Assembly (NCBI GenBank): GCA_963762145.1
Contig: CAVXJS010000021.1
Location: 416,001-480,000, forward strand
DNA from: an uncultured Candidatus Rokubacteria bacterium
Lineage (GTDB): Bacteria > Methylomirabilota > Methylomirabilia > Rokubacteriales > CSP1-6
Length of the DNA stretch: 64,000 nucleotides
Reading direction: 5' to 3'
Notes under the pieces: generated by a model
Told to the model about the DNA's origin: nothing
The model's database searches: none
What the model saw: only the letters and a program-made list of their open reading frames with translations
Shown here: positions 43,856 to 54,518 of the stretch, piece after piece
Position numbering within the stretch: position 1 is the first letter of the stretch
How the letters are laid out: the number at the start of each line of letters is the position of its first letter
Program-made: the position numbers and the translations under genes

Positions 43856-44638
43856 ATGATGGCCGAGCCGCTCCGAGATCTCGGCCGCCGCGCGCTTCAC
43901 CGCGTCCGCGAAGCGCCGGCGCCCGGCCTGGATCCGCGCGGACGGGCCGGTGACCGCGCACGCCGCGACCAGGCGGCCGTCGCGCCCGTAGACCGGCGCG
44001 GCCGCGCCCCCGGCGCCGATCACGAACTCGTCCACCGTCACCGCCACGCCCGCGGAGTGGATGGCGTCGAGGCGCCGGCGGAGCAGGTCGCGGCTCGTGG
44101 TGGTCCGCCGCGTGTACCGCGTGAGCGGGAGCGTGCGCACGAGGTGCTCGCGCGGCGCGGGGTCCAGGAACGCGAAGAGCCCGAAGCCGGTGGCGGTGCA
44201 GTAGAGCGGGCGCCGCTCGCCCAGCTCCGCGCTGTAGCGGATGCGCTGCGGGCTCTCCACCTTGTCCACGTAGACGAGGTCCGCGTGGCCCGGCGGCAGC
44301 ACCGCCACGAAGGTCGTCTCCCCGGTCTCGCGGGTGAGCGCCTGCAGGACCGGGTGCGCGGCCTCGACCAGGTCCGGGGCGACCGCACCCTTGTCGGCGG
44401 CCTCGAGCCAGCGCGGGCCGATCCCGTAGCGGCCGGCGTCGCCCCGCGCCGCGTAACCGCGGCTCACCAGCGTGCGCAGCAGCGGGAGCAGGCTGGTCTT
44501 GGGCGCCTCGAGCGTCACGCTCAGCTCGGTGAGGCTCGCCCCCGCGGGCCGGGTCGAGAGCGTCTCCAGGATGTCGAGCACGCGCGCCACCGCCCGGTGA
44601 CCGCCATCCAGCGAAGCCGCCGCGCCCCTTGACACCAT
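43853..44638 (-). CDS. IclR-family transcriptional regulator
   Basis: AVARVLDILE HTH; GERRPLYCTATG; AAAPVYGRDG..VTGP. Confidence 0.92.
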   Translation of the reverse strand: MVSRGAAASLDGGHRAVARVLDILETLSTRPAGASLTELSVTLEAPKTSLLPLLRTLVSRGYAARGDAGRYGIGPRWLEAADKGAVAPDLVEAAHPVLQALTRETGETTFVAVLPPGHADLVYVDKVESPQRIRYSAELGERRPLYCTATGFGLFAFLDPAPREHLVRTLPLTRYTRRTTTSRDLLRRRLDAIHSAGVAVTVDEFVIGAGGAAAPVYGRDGRLVAACAVTGPSARIQAGRRRFADAVKRAAAEISERLGHH

Positions 44639-44695
44639 CGCCAAAGACCGTAGCATGGCTGTTCGTGGCTACGCAATCGGTTCCGGATCCGGAAC
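44629..44695 (+). promoter_or_regulatory. Sigma70-like promoter plus palindromic operator candidate
   Basis: TTGACA-N16-TAGCAT at 44629..44656; perfect palindrome GTTCCGGATCCGGAAC at 44680..44695. Confidence 0.55.
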
Positions 44696-45896
44696 AACCG
44701 TCCCCGGGCCCCTCGGCCCGCTGGCCGGCCTGCGGGTGCTGGACTGCTCCTCGCTGATCGCGGGCCCCACCGCCGCGATGTACCTGGGCGACTACGGCGC
44801 CGACGTCGTCAAGATCGAGCACCCGCAGGGCGACGGGCTGCGCGTCTGGGGCGCGGTGAAGGACGGCGCCGGCCTCTACTTCAAGATGCTCAACCGGAAC
44901 AAGCGTGCGATCACCGCCGACCTGCACACCCCGCTCGGCGTCGAGATCGTGCGCCGGCTGGCCGCGCGCGCCGACGCGATGATCGAGAACTTCCGGCCCG
45001 GCACGCTCGAGAAGTGGGGCCTGGGCTACGACGCGCTCGCGGCCCGGAAACCCGGGGCTCGTCCTGACGCGGGTGACCGGCTTCGGCCAGACCGGGCCGG
45101 AGCGCGATCGGCCCGGCTTCGGCACCACCGCGGAGGCGGCCACCGGCTTCGTGGCCATCAACGGCGAGGCCGACGGCCCGCCGCTCCTGCCGAGCTTCGG
45201 CGCTGGCGGACTCGGCGGCCGGGCTCGCCGGCGCCTTCCTGACCCTGGCCGCGCTCCAGGGCGCGCGCAGCGCGGCGGCCGCGGCCAGGTCGTGGACCTC
45301 GCCATCTACGAGCCCCTCCTCACGCTGATGGGCCCGCAGCTGATCGAGTTCGACCAGCTCGGCCTCGTGCAGCGGCGCACCGGCAGCCGCACCCCGCTGA
45401 TCGCCCCGCGCAACACGTTCCGGACGCGCGACGGCAAGTGGATCGCGCTCTCGGGCGCGTCGCCGTCGGTGTTCGAGCGGCTCTGCCGAGTCTCGGCGTG
45501 CCGGAGCTGCCCGCCGACCCGCGCTTCCGCGACAACCAGGCGCGCCTGGCCAACGTGGAGGCGCTCGATGCCGCGCTCGGAGCCGCCATCGCGCGCTTCG
45601 ACCAGGCCGACCTGCTCGCGCGCCTCGACGCGGCCCAGGCGGTGGCTGCGCCGGTGCGGGGCGCCGACGAGGTGCTGGCCGACCCGCACTACCAGGCGCG
45701 CGGCTCCATCGCCACCGTGCCGGATGCCGAGCTGGGGCCGCTGCGGATGCAGAACGTGATCGGGCGCCTGTCGGAGACGCCGGGCCGGATCGGCCATGCG
45801 GGCCCGCGCCTGGGCGAGCACAACCGCGCGGTGCTGGTGGACGAGCTGGGATTCAGCCCGGCGGAGCTGCGGGCAGGCGGCATCGCCCTGCCCTGA
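44655..45896 (+). CDS. Family III CoA transferase (CaiB/BaiF; several frameshifts; start uncertain)
   Basis: GPLAGLRVLD..GADVVKIEHP.GD; NRNKR; ENFRPG; GRGQVVDLA; GPRLGEHN. Confidence 0.85.
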
Positions 45897-45942
45897 CAGC
45901 TCCCCGATTCAGCCGCGACGGAGGATCAGCCGCGAGAGACGA

Positions 45943-46704
45943 TCAGCCGCGCCCGACGAAGGGCATCTTCGTCGCCATCACGGTGAGGAACAGCACGTTG
46001 GCGTCGAGCGGCAGGCTCGCCATGTACACCACCGCGTCGCGCCACCGCCTTGACGTCCATGGTCGGCTCGACTGCGATGGTGCCGTTGGCCTGCGAGCAC
46101 GCCCTTGGCCATGCGCGCGGTCATCTCGGTGGCCGCGTTGCCGATGTCGATCTGCCCGCACGCGATGTCGTACTTGCGGCCGTCGAGCGCGGTGGCCTTG
46201 GTGAGGCCGGTGACCGCGTGCTTGGTCGCGGTGTAGGGCGACGGAGTTCGGCCGCGGCGTGTGCGCCGAGATCGAGCCGTTGTTGATGATGCGCCCGCCC
46301 CGCGGGGTCTGGGCCTTCATGATCCTGAACGCTTCCTGCGTGCACAGGAAGACGCCGGTCAGGTTGACGTCGACGACCGTCTGTCCACTGCTCGTAGGTG
46401 AGGTCCTCGAGCGGCACCGGCGGCGCGCCCGCGCCCGCGTTGTTGAAGAGCACGTCGAGCCGGCCGAACGTCTCCTTCGTCTTCGCGAAGAGCGCCTTGA
46501 CCGACGCGGGATCGCTCACGTCGGTCGGCACCACCAGCGACTGCCGGCGTGCCCTTGCCCTCCGGCGGCGGCCGACTCCAGCACGTCCTTGCGCCGGCCC
46601 GCGAGGACGACCGCGTAGCCCTCCTTCATGAGGGCCAGCGCGCTGGCCCTGCCGATACCACTGCCCGCTCCCGTGACGATCGCGACCTTCTGCGTTGAAG
46701 TCAT
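45943..46704 (-). CDS. SDR-family oxidoreductase (multiple frameshifts)
   Basis: TGAGSGIG; FNNAG; [13 protein letters not shown]; [10 protein letters not shown]. Confidence 0.82.
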
Positions 46705-46784
46705 AGTCGGCCTCCCGGGGCCGAACGTTAGCCCGGGCCGCGCCGTCAGTCAATGCGGCTATTTGCGGTGACGGCTTTGCTAGT

Positions 46785-48362
46785 ATGAGCGAGGGCATGG
46801 CCACGCTGACCGACCACATCACCTATGCGGACGCCCAGCGGCTCTGCTCGCCCGCCCGGCTCTGGGAGCTCTTCGACGGCGACCGGCAGCGCATGAACAT
46901 CGCGCACGAGTGCATCGACCGGCATCCGGCGGATCGGGTCGCGGTGCGCCTCGTCCACTCGCGCGAGCCGGCGGCCACGACGAGGCCTTCACCTTCGGCC
47001 GGCTCGCCGCCGCGTCGGCCCGCTTCGCCCACTACCTGCCGATCGGCGGCGTCGAGCCGGGCGACCGCGTCGGCCATCATGCTGGAGCCGTCGCTCGCCT
47101 TCTACGCCGGCGCTGTTCGGCGCGATGAAGCGCGGGGCCATCGCGGTGCCGCTCTTCACGCTCTTCGGCCCCGACGGGCTGCGCCTGCGCATCGACGACT
47201 GCGCGCCGCGGCTGCTGCTGTGTCCCCGCGCAGGCCGGCATCGCGCGACGGCCCGGGCTCGCCACCGTCGTCGCCGACGACCTGTTCCTCGCCGCGCTCG
47301 CGCAGTACCCCGACGCTACGCGCCGACACGCGCGGCCGACGATCTCGCGGTATTCCAGTACACCTCGGGCACGACCCGGGAGCTGCCGGCCGCGGTGCAG
47401 CCACAGCCACCGCTCGCATCGTCACGCTCATGGTCGCCGCGCTCTACGGCACCGGGATCCGCCCGGGCGATCGAGTTCTTCTGCCCCTCGTCGCCCGCGT
47501 GGGGTCACGGTCTCTGGCACGGCACGCTCGGGCCGCTCGCGCTGGGCGTCACCACCGGCGCCTTCGCGGGCAAGTTCGACGCCGACCGCCTGCTGCGCGC
47601 GCTCGCCGACCACGCGATCACCAATCTCTCGGCCGCCGCGACGCACTACCGCATGATGAAGAGCGCGGGCACCGCCGACCGCTACCGCTACGCGATCCGC
47701 AAGCTCTCGTTCACCGGCGAGCCCATCGACGAGGCCACCCGCGTCTTCGTGGAGGCCACCTTCGGCACGCCGGTGTGCAGCATGTACGGCACCACCGAGG
47801 TCGGCGTGATCCTCGCGTCAACTATCCGGGCGCGCCGGACTTCGCGGTGAAGCCGGGCTCGCTCGGCAAGCCGGTGCCCGGCGTGGAGGTGGAGGTGCAG
47901 CGGCCGGACGGCACGCGCTGCGGCCCCGACGAGGCGGGCGAGATCCTGGTCAAGCGCCGCGACGGCTGGTTCCCGACGAAGGACCGCGGCTGGACCGACG
48001 CGGACGGCTACTTCTTCCACGGCGGACGCGCCGACGACGTCATCATCTCGGCCGGCTGGACGATCAGCGCGGTGGAGGTCGAGGGCGCGCTGCTCAAGCA
48101 CGCCGACGTCCGCGAAGCGGCGGTGATCGGAGTGCCCGATCCCCTGCGCGGCCTCGTGGTCAAGGCCTTCATCGTGAGCCCGCGGCCCGGCGACGACGCC
48201 TTCGCGCGCGAGCTCCAGGAATGGACGCGCACCCGGCTCGCCCAGCACGAGTACCCGCGCCGGGTCGAGTTCGTGGCCGAGCTGCCCAAGACGCCCGCCG
48301 GCAAGGTGAATCGCAAGGTGCTCCGCGAGCGCGAGGCCGGCGCCTCCGTTCCCACGTCCTAG
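46785..48362 (+). CDS. Acyl-CoA synthetase (multiple frameshifts)
   Basis: [11 protein letters not shown]; QYTSGTT; MYGTTE; GRADDVIIS; LPKTPAGKV. Confidence 0.82.
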   Translation: MSEGMATLTDHITYADAQRLCSPARLWELFDGDRQRMNIAHECIDRHPADRVAVRLVHSREPAATTRPSPSAGSPPRRPASPTTCRSAASSRATASAIMLEPSLAFYAGAVRRDEARGHRGAALHALRPRRAAPAHRRLRAAAAAVSPRRPASRDGPGSPPSSPTTCSSPRSRSTPTLRADTRGRRSRGIPVHLGHDPGAAGRGAATATARIVTLMVAALYGTGIRPGDRVLLPLVARVGSRSLARHARAARAGRHHRRLRGQVRRRPPAARARRPRDHQSLGRRDALPHDEERGHRRPLPLRDPQALVHRRAHRRGHPRLRGGHLRHAGVQHVRHHRGRRDPRVNYPGAPDFAVKPGSLGKPVPGVEVEVQRPDGTRCGPDEAGEILVKRRDGWFPTKDRGWTDADGYFFHGGRADDVIISAGWTISAVEVEGALLKHADVREAAVIGVPDPLRGLVVKAFIVSPRPGDDAFARELQEWTRTRLAQHEYPRRVEFVAELPKTPAGKVNRKVLREREAGASVPTS

Positions 48363-48374
48363 GAGGGCGAGTAC

Positions 48375-49514
48375 ATGGCGGCCCCAACCCAGCAGCTCTT
48401 TCCCAAGATCACCCAGCAGGGCCTCGACGACCTGCGCCGCCGCATCGGGGTGCCCATCACGGACACGCTCGAGCCGTGGTGCCACGAGGCCACCCGCGAC
48501 AACATCCGCCACTACGCCCACGGCATCGGTGACGACAACCCGCTCTGGTGCGACCCGGCCTACGCGGCGCGCACGCGCCACCGCGGGATCATCGCGCTGC
48601 CGAGCTTCCTCTTCGCGACGAGCCGCATCATCTCGGGCTACGTGGGCGGGCTCTCGGGCGTGCACGCGATGTGGGCGGGCGCGGACTGGACCTGGCACCA
48701 GCCGGCGCGGCGCAACGACGAGATCTCGACCGAGGCGTGGCTCAAGGACCTGATCGAGCACCAGACGCGCTTCGCGGGCCGGTCGGTGCAGCAGATCTAC
48801 CACGTGAAGTTCCGCAACCAGAAGGGCGAGCTGCTCGCCGAGGCGGACAGCTGGTGCTTCCGCACCGAGCGCGATCACGCGCGCGAGCAGGGCTCCAAGT
48901 ACGCGGAGGTGAAGAGCCGCCCGCTCCGCCGCTACACCGACGAGGAGCTCGCCGAGGTGTATCGCCTCTACGCGGCCGAGGACGTGCGCGGCGCCACCCC
49001 GCGCTACTGGCACGACGTGACCGTCGGCGAGGCGCTGCCGAGGATGGCGAAGGGGCCGATGACGGTGACCGGCTTCATCGCCTACGCGCAGGGCTGGGGC
49101 GGTCTCTACATCCGCGCCAACAAGCTCAACTGGAGGCAGATCACCAAGCACTCCGGGCTCGGCATCAAGAACCGCTTCGGCATCCCGGACTGCCCGGAGC
49201 GCGTGCACTGGGAGCACGAGTTCGCCACCGCGGTGGGCGCGCCCGGCGCCTACGACTACGGCCCGGAGCGCTGCTCCTGGCTGACCCATCACCTGACCAA
49301 CTGGATGGGCGACGACGGCTTCCTCCGTCGCGCGCACTGCAAGATCCGCCGCCACAATCCGGAGGGCGACTACCTGATCATCGAGGGCCGCGTCACCGGC
49401 AAGCGCGTGGAGGACGGCCGGCACCTGGTGGACATCGAGCAGGAAGCGCGCAACCAGGACGGCGAGCTCTCGGTGGTGGGCGGCGGCGTGGTCGAGCTGC
49501 CCGCGCGCGCATGA
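48375..49514 (+). CDS. Double hot-dog (MaoC-like) acyl dehydratase
   Basis: IRHYAHGIGDDNPLW; RVHWE..GAYDYGPER..TNWMGDDG. Confidence 0.82.
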   Translation: MAAPTQQLFPKITQQGLDDLRRRIGVPITDTLEPWCHEATRDNIRHYAHGIGDDNPLWCDPAYAARTRHRGIIALPSFLFATSRIISGYVGGLSGVHAMWAGADWTWHQPARRNDEISTEAWLKDLIEHQTRFAGRSVQQIYHVKFRNQKGELLAEADSWCFRTERDHAREQGSKYAEVKSRPLRRYTDEELAEVYRLYAAEDVRGATPRYWHDVTVGEALPRMAKGPMTVTGFIAYAQGWGGLYIRANKLNWRQITKHSGLGIKNRFGIPDCPERVHWEHEFATAVGAPGAYDYGPERCSWLTHHLTNWMGDDGFLRRAHCKIRRHNPEGDYLIIEGRVTGKRVEDGRHLVDIEQEARNQDGELSVVGGGVVELPARA

Positions 49515-50686
49515 TGGGCGTCCGCCCCGGCCTCGAGGTGCTGGCCGGGCGCCTGGGCTCCCTGCTCGCGGGCCGGCGGGTGGGTCTGCTCGCCCACCCC
49601 GCGTCGGTGGCGCGCGATCTCACCCACGCCGCCGACGTGATCCGGAAGATGCGGCGGGTGCGTCTGACCGCGCTATTCGGGCCGGAGCACGGCCTCGGCG
49701 GCGTCGTGCAGGACCATGTCCACGTCGGTACCGAGTACGACCGCACGCGCCGGGTTCCGGTGCACAGCCTCTACGGCGGCAAGCGGCTCGAGCCGACTCC
49801 CGCCATGCTGCGCGGAATCGACGTCCTCGTGGTGGATCTTCAGGACGTGGGCGCGCGCTACTACACGTACACGTGGACCACCGTGCTGGCCATGCGCGTG
49901 TGCGCGCGGGAGGGCAAGCCGGTGATCGTGCTCGACCGGCCGAACCCCCTGGGCGGCGAGCGGCTCGAGGGCAACGACGCCGACCCCAAGTTCGCGTCGT
50001 TCGTCGGCCTCTACCCGCTGCCGATCCGCCACGGCATGACCATCGCGGAGCTCGCCGCCTACCACAACGAGACGCAGGGCTTCGGCTGCGACCTCACGGT
50101 GGTGCCGATGGCGGGCTGGCGCCGCGAGATGCTGTGGGAGGACACCGAGCTGCCGTGGGTCGCGCCGTCGCCCAACATGCCGACGCCGGACACCGCGCGC
50201 GTCTACCCCGGCGGCTGCCTGCTCGAGGGCACCAACCTCTCCGAGGCGCGCGGCACCACCCGGCCCTTCGAGTGGGTAGGTGCGCCGTACCTGGACGGCC
50301 CGAAGCTGGCCGCCGCGCTCGAGCGTCGCGGCCTGCCCGGGGTGCGCTTCCGCCCGATCACCTTCGAGCCGATGTTCCAGAAGTGGGCGCGACGCGCCTG
50401 CCATGGCGTGCAGGTGCACGTGACCGACTGGGATCGCTTTCGCTCCTACGCGGCCTACGTGGCCCTCATCGCGGAGGCGCGCCGGCAGGCCCCGCGCGGC
50501 TTCCGCTGGAAGCGTCCGCCCTACGAGTACCAGTGGAACAAGCAGCCCATCGATCTCATCGCCGGCACCGACCGGATCCGCCGGGCCATCGAGGCGGGCA
50601 CGTCGCTGGCACGGATGGAGGCCTCCTGGCGCGGAGAGCTGGCCGCCTTCGCGCGGGCGCGCCGGCCGTACCTGCTCTACAGATGA
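49511..50686 (+). CDS. namZ: Exo-beta-N-acetylmuramidase NamZ (DUF1343)
   Basis: LFGPEHG; DLQDVGARYYTY; LDRPNP; PIRHGMT; PSPNMP; SEARGTTRPFE. Confidence 0.92.
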   Translation: MMGVRPGLEVLAGRLGSLLAGRRVGLLAHPASVARDLTHAADVIRKMRRVRLTALFGPEHGLGGVVQDHVHVGTEYDRTRRVPVHSLYGGKRLEPTPAMLRGIDVLVVDLQDVGARYYTYTWTTVLAMRVCAREGKPVIVLDRPNPLGGERLEGNDADPKFASFVGLYPLPIRHGMTIAELAAYHNETQGFGCDLTVVPMAGWRREMLWEDTELPWVAPSPNMPTPDTARVYPGGCLLEGTNLSEARGTTRPFEWVGAPYLDGPKLAAALERRGLPGVRFRPITFEPMFQKWARRACHGVQVHVTDWDRFRSYAAYVALIAEARRQAPRGFRWKRPPYEYQWNKQPIDLIAGTDRIRRAIEAGTSLARMEASWRGELAAFARARRPYLLYR

Positions 50687-50696
50687 CCGGGCCTGG

Positions 50697-51842
50697 ATGA
50701 ATGCGCTCTCGCTGCTCTTCCTCCTGGCCTTCCTGGTCTCGGTGGATCTGCGGATCATCGCGCCGGTGCTCCCGTCCATCAGCGAGTCGCTGCGGGCGAC
50801 GGCGGGCGCCATCGGGCTCGCGATGACGAGCTACTCCTTCGCCTACGGCGCGGGCCAGCTCGCCTATGGCGCGCTCTCGGATCGCCACGGCCGGGTAGCG
50901 GTGATCCGGGTGGCCGCGCTGGGCTTCAGCGTGTGCACTGCGCTCTCGGCCCTCTGCGCCACCACCTGGCAGTTCGTGGCGGTGCGCCTGCTCGCGGGCG
51001 CCTTCGCGGGCGCGGTGATCCCGCTCACCATCGTCCACATCGGCGACACCGTCGAGTACGCGCAGCGCCACGTGATGGTGGCCCGGTTCTCGATCGTGAC
51101 CTCGGCGGGGCTCGCCTTCTCCGCCGCCATCGGGGGCCTGGTCGCGCACTTCGTCTCGTGGCGCGCGATGCTGATCGGCTACGCGGTGATCGCGCTGGTG
51201 CCCTCGGCACTGCTCTGGCGCTTGCCGCCCGGCAAGGCGGCGCGCGCGCCGGGCGACGTGAAGCCGGTGGCGCGCTTCGCCGACTTCCTGATGGATCCGT
51301 TCGGCCGACTCGTCTACTTCTCGATCTTCGCGGTGGGCTTCCTCCTCTGGGGCGCCGTGGCGTACCTCGGCGCCTACGCCGCCGCCCAGTACCGGATCAG
51401 CCAGCTGGAAGTCGGCCTCCTCTTCGCGCTGTTCGGCGTGGGCACCATGGTGGGCGGCGCCCTGATGGGGCTGCTCCGCGGGCGGCTCTCGGAGCGGAGC
51501 CTGGCGGGCGGCGGCGGGCTCGTCATGGGCCTCGCGATGATGATGATCGTCCCGGGCGGCCCGTGGCCGATCTTCGCGCTGGCGATGCTGCTGCTCGGTC
51601 TGGGCAACGTCGGCCTGCACACCACGCTGCAGGTGTACGGCACCGAGATCAGCCAGGTCGCCCGCGGCAAGGCCTTCTCACTCTTTCCCGCAAGCCTCTT
51701 CGCGGGCATGGCGGTCGGCACCGCGGTGATGGGCTCGCTGGTGGACGCGGGGGGCGAGCGCATCGTGCTGGCGGTCTCCGGCGTGGGGCTCACCGGCGTC
51801 GGGGTCATCACCGCGGGGATCCGCCGCAGGAGGATCGCGTGA
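50697..51842 (+). CDS. MFS transporter
   Basis: GALSDRHGR motif A; multi-TM pattern. Confidence 0.88.
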   Translation: MNALSLLFLLAFLVSVDLRIIAPVLPSISESLRATAGAIGLAMTSYSFAYGAGQLAYGALSDRHGRVAVIRVAALGFSVCTALSALCATTWQFVAVRLLAGAFAGAVIPLTIVHIGDTVEYAQRHVMVARFSIVTSAGLAFSAAIGGLVAHFVSWRAMLIGYAVIALVPSALLWRLPPGKAARAPGDVKPVARFADFLMDPFGRLVYFSIFAVGFLLWGAVAYLGAYAAAQYRISQLEVGLLFALFGVGTMVGGALMGLLRGRLSERSLAGGGGLVMGLAMMMIVPGGPWPIFALAMLLLGLGNVGLHTTLQVYGTEISQVARGKAFSLFPASLFAGMAVGTAVMGSLVDAGGERIVLAVSGVGLTGVGVITAGIRRRRIA

Positions 51843-53371
51843 GCCTCGAAGCGCCAATGAGCCTCGAATCGATGGTAGGCCGGCAGCTCATCGTCGGGCT
51901 GCCCGGCCCCGACGCCACCGACGACGACCTGCGCCTCCTGCGCGACATCCACGCGGGCGGGCTCATGCTCTACCGGCGCAACTTCGAGACGCCGGAGCGC
52001 TTCCTGCGCTTCATCGCGCGGCTCGAGGAGGGGCTCGGGCGCCGGCTCCTGATCACCACCGATCACGAGGGCGGACGCATCATCATGCTGAACAAGGGCG
52101 TCACCATCTTCCCAGACAACCTCACCGCGGGAACCGCGGACGACGAGAGGATGGTGACGCGCCAGGGGCTGATCGAGGGGCGCGAGCTGCGGCGCCTCGG
52201 CGTGGACGTCAACTTCGGCCCGTGCCTCGACGTGCTCACCGAGCGCTACAGCCCGAACATCGGCATCCGCTCCTACGGCAAGGACCCGGCGCTGGTCTCG
52301 CGGCTGGGCGCCGCGCGCATCCGTGGCATGCAGGCCGGCGGCGTCTCGGCCTGCGCCAAGCACTTCCCGGGCAAGGGGCACGCGCCGGTGGACGCGCACC
52401 TGGGCCTGCCGGTGATCGATTCCGACTGGGGCGACATGCACGCGACCCACCTGCCGCCGTTCATGGCCGCGATGGAGGCGGGCGTGGACTGCATCATGAC
52501 CTCGCACCCGCTCTACCCGAATCTCGATCCGGCGCCCGCGATGCCGGCCAGCTTCTCGAAGCTGATCGTGGAGGACTACCTGCGCGGCCAGGTGGGCTAC
52601 CGCGGCGTGATCGTGTCGGACGATCTCGAGATGGGCGCGATCGGCGCCCTGTGTCCGATCGGCGAGGCCACCGTGCGCACCGCCGCGGCCGGGCACGACC
52701 TGCTGCTGGTCTGCCACACCGCGCCGGCCCAGCGCGCGGCCTACGAGGCGGTGGTCGCGGCCTACCGCGACAAGACGCTCTCGATCCGCGAGCTCGAGAA
52801 GAGCATGGCGCGGCTCGACGTGCTCGACGCCAAGCGGCCCGAGCGCGTGACCGGCGGCGCGCCCCGCGCGGAGGCCGACGGCGAGCCGCTGGCCCGCGCG
52901 ATGGCCGCACGCGCGGTCACGGTCGTGGCGGCACCGGACGCCGGGTGGCGGCCCGCGCTCAACGGGAAGGTCCTCGCGATCTTCCCGCGGCTCTCATCCC
53001 TGGCCGACCGCATCACGATCGAGCCGGTCATGCAGGACGAGCCGCGCTACCTGCGCGAGGCGATGGCGCCACACGGCGTGCAGCCCGAGCCGCTGGTGGT
53101 GGGCGTGGAGCCGACCGCGGAGGAGATCGAGCGCGCGCGGAGCGCGGCGGCCGCCGCGGACGCCACCGTGCTGTTCCTCTACGACGCGCACCTCTACAAG
53201 TCGAACAAGGTGCTGCTGGAGGCGGTGCAGGCGGGCGCGAAGAAGCTGGGCGTGGTGCTGATGCGCGATCCGTGGGACGCGGAGTTCCTCGCCCCGGGGG
53301 TGGCCGCGCTCACCGCCTACGGATGGCGCCGGAGCCAGCTCGACGCGGTGATGGCGCGCCTGCTGACGTAG
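51839..53371 (+). CDS. nagZ: GH3 beta-N-acetylhexosaminidase
   Basis: DHEGG; IGIRSYG; KHFPGKGHAPVDAH; IVSDDLEMGA. Confidence 0.9.
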   Translation: MSLEAPMSLESMVGRQLIVGLPGPDATDDDLRLLRDIHAGGLMLYRRNFETPERFLRFIARLEEGLGRRLLITTDHEGGRIIMLNKGVTIFPDNLTAGTADDERMVTRQGLIEGRELRRLGVDVNFGPCLDVLTERYSPNIGIRSYGKDPALVSRLGAARIRGMQAGGVSACAKHFPGKGHAPVDAHLGLPVIDSDWGDMHATHLPPFMAAMEAGVDCIMTSHPLYPNLDPAPAMPASFSKLIVEDYLRGQVGYRGVIVSDDLEMGAIGALCPIGEATVRTAAAGHDLLLVCHTAPAQRAAYEAVVAAYRDKTLSIRELEKSMARLDVLDAKRPERVTGGAPRAEADGEPLARAMAARAVTVVAAPDAGWRPALNGKVLAIFPRLSSLADRITIEPVMQDEPRYLREAMAPHGVQPEPLVVGVEPTAEEIERARSAAAAADATVLFLYDAHLYKSNKVLLEAVQAGAKKLGVVLMRDPWDAEFLAPGVAALTAYGWRRSQLDAVMARLLT

Positions 53372-53375
53372 CCGC

Positions 53376-54419
53376 TCAGCCTCCCCTCGCCCCCGAGGAG
53401 AGAGAGACCGGTCGAGCAGACCTCGGGGCGTACGGGGCGACGAGCGCTCGAATCTCCGGTGAGAGAGGATCGACGAAGCGCAGCCGTCGCGAGATGGGAT
53501 GGCTCGGCAGATGCTCGAGGAGCATTCGGGCGCGAACGTATGTCTCCGAGCCTGCGGCATCGCTCCTGATCGCAAACGCGGCATAGCGCGCCGGCCCCTC
53601 GTCGGCGGCCCGAGCGACAAGATCCCAGAATGCGCCGGGACTCGGCCACGCCTTCCATGGGTTGAGAGGGAGAGGCTGACGCGGCAACCTCAGGATGTTC
53701 TTGGCGATCCGCTTGTGCCATGGATTCCGGGCGCGGTCGTAGTCGTAGGACGTGAGCGGCACCATCAGCATCGGGCGCGCGTCGGTCGCGGAGGTCGCCG
53801 GTGAGCCCAGGTCCGCGCGTGATGGATAGTAGGGGCGGCGCGGATACTGCCGGAAATCCGGCGATGGCGCCGTCGTGTAGGCGCCGAACGTCACGCCGTC
53901 ATGGAGCGCTTCCAGGCCCGGCTCCGCCGTGACGTCGACCTCGATCCCGAGGGCGACGGCGCGATCCACGATGGCATCGGTCACGAAGTATCCGCCCTGA
54001 CTCGCTCGACGCGGCGGCTCTCCGAAGCATCGCTCGAACGTGCGCGCGGCCGAGTCGAGGCAGTGCGTCGTCCAGCGCGTGTCCGCATGATCGGAGTATG
54101 AGACCTTCCGCTGCTCGTCCCAGCGATAGTAGTGAACGTGAATCCCGAACGGATCACCCCGTGCGCGCAGCTGATCGATCTGGGCGCGGTAGTGATCGAC
54201 CACGAAATCGGCCCGCCCGTAGCAGCGCTCGATGTCCGGATCCAGTCGCAGAAACCAGGTGGGATGCACGGCCGTGCCGGAACGGTCGGCCAGTGGCCGG
54301 CGCAGTCGCTCCACGAAATCCGCCGCCGCAACAAAGCCGCTCCAGGCTGGGAGTCCGGGCCCGGGCTGAAAGTCATCCGGCTCGATATCGATGCGCCAGA
54401 CCGCGGGAATCGGCTTCAT
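53376..54419 (-). CDS. Hypothetical protein, possibly polysaccharide-deacetylase-like fold
   Basis: IDIEPDD, PTWF, GIHVH motifs; codon usage less GC-biased than neighbours. Confidence 0.55.
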   Translation of the reverse strand: MKPIPAVWRIDIEPDDFQPGPGLPAWSGFVAAADFVERLRRPLADRSGTAVHPTWFLRLDPDIERCYGRADFVVDHYRAQIDQLRARGDPFGIHVHYYRWDEQRKVSYSDHADTRWTTHCLDSAARTFERCFGEPPRRASQGGYFVTDAIVDRAVALGIEVDVTAEPGLEALHDGVTFGAYTTAPSPDFRQYPRRPYYPSRADLGSPATSATDARPMLMVPLTSYDYDRARNPWHKRIAKNILRLPRQPLPLNPWKAWPSPGAFWDLVARAADEGPARYAAFAIRSDAAGSETYVRARMLLEHLPSHPISRRLRFVDPLSPEIRALVAPYAPRSARPVSLSSGARGG

Positions 54420-54502
54420 GTCGTCGGGCGCCGCGTGGGTGCGCGGTACCCGGCGGAGCCTAGCCACGCACCGCCAGCGTCGAGCATGGTGGCTGGGCAC
54501 AG

Positions 54503-54518
54503 AGCAGGCTTCGTGCCA
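54503..54518 (-). promoter_or_regulatory. Putative sigma54 promoter
   Basis: TGGCACGAAGCCTGCT (GG-N10-GC). Confidence 0.55.

Noticed and set aside
51839-51870. Short duplication TGAGCCTCGAA at the nagZ start as a target-site duplication
   Set aside because: Only 11 bp repeated at 18-bp spacing with no element between; it merely gives two possible starts.
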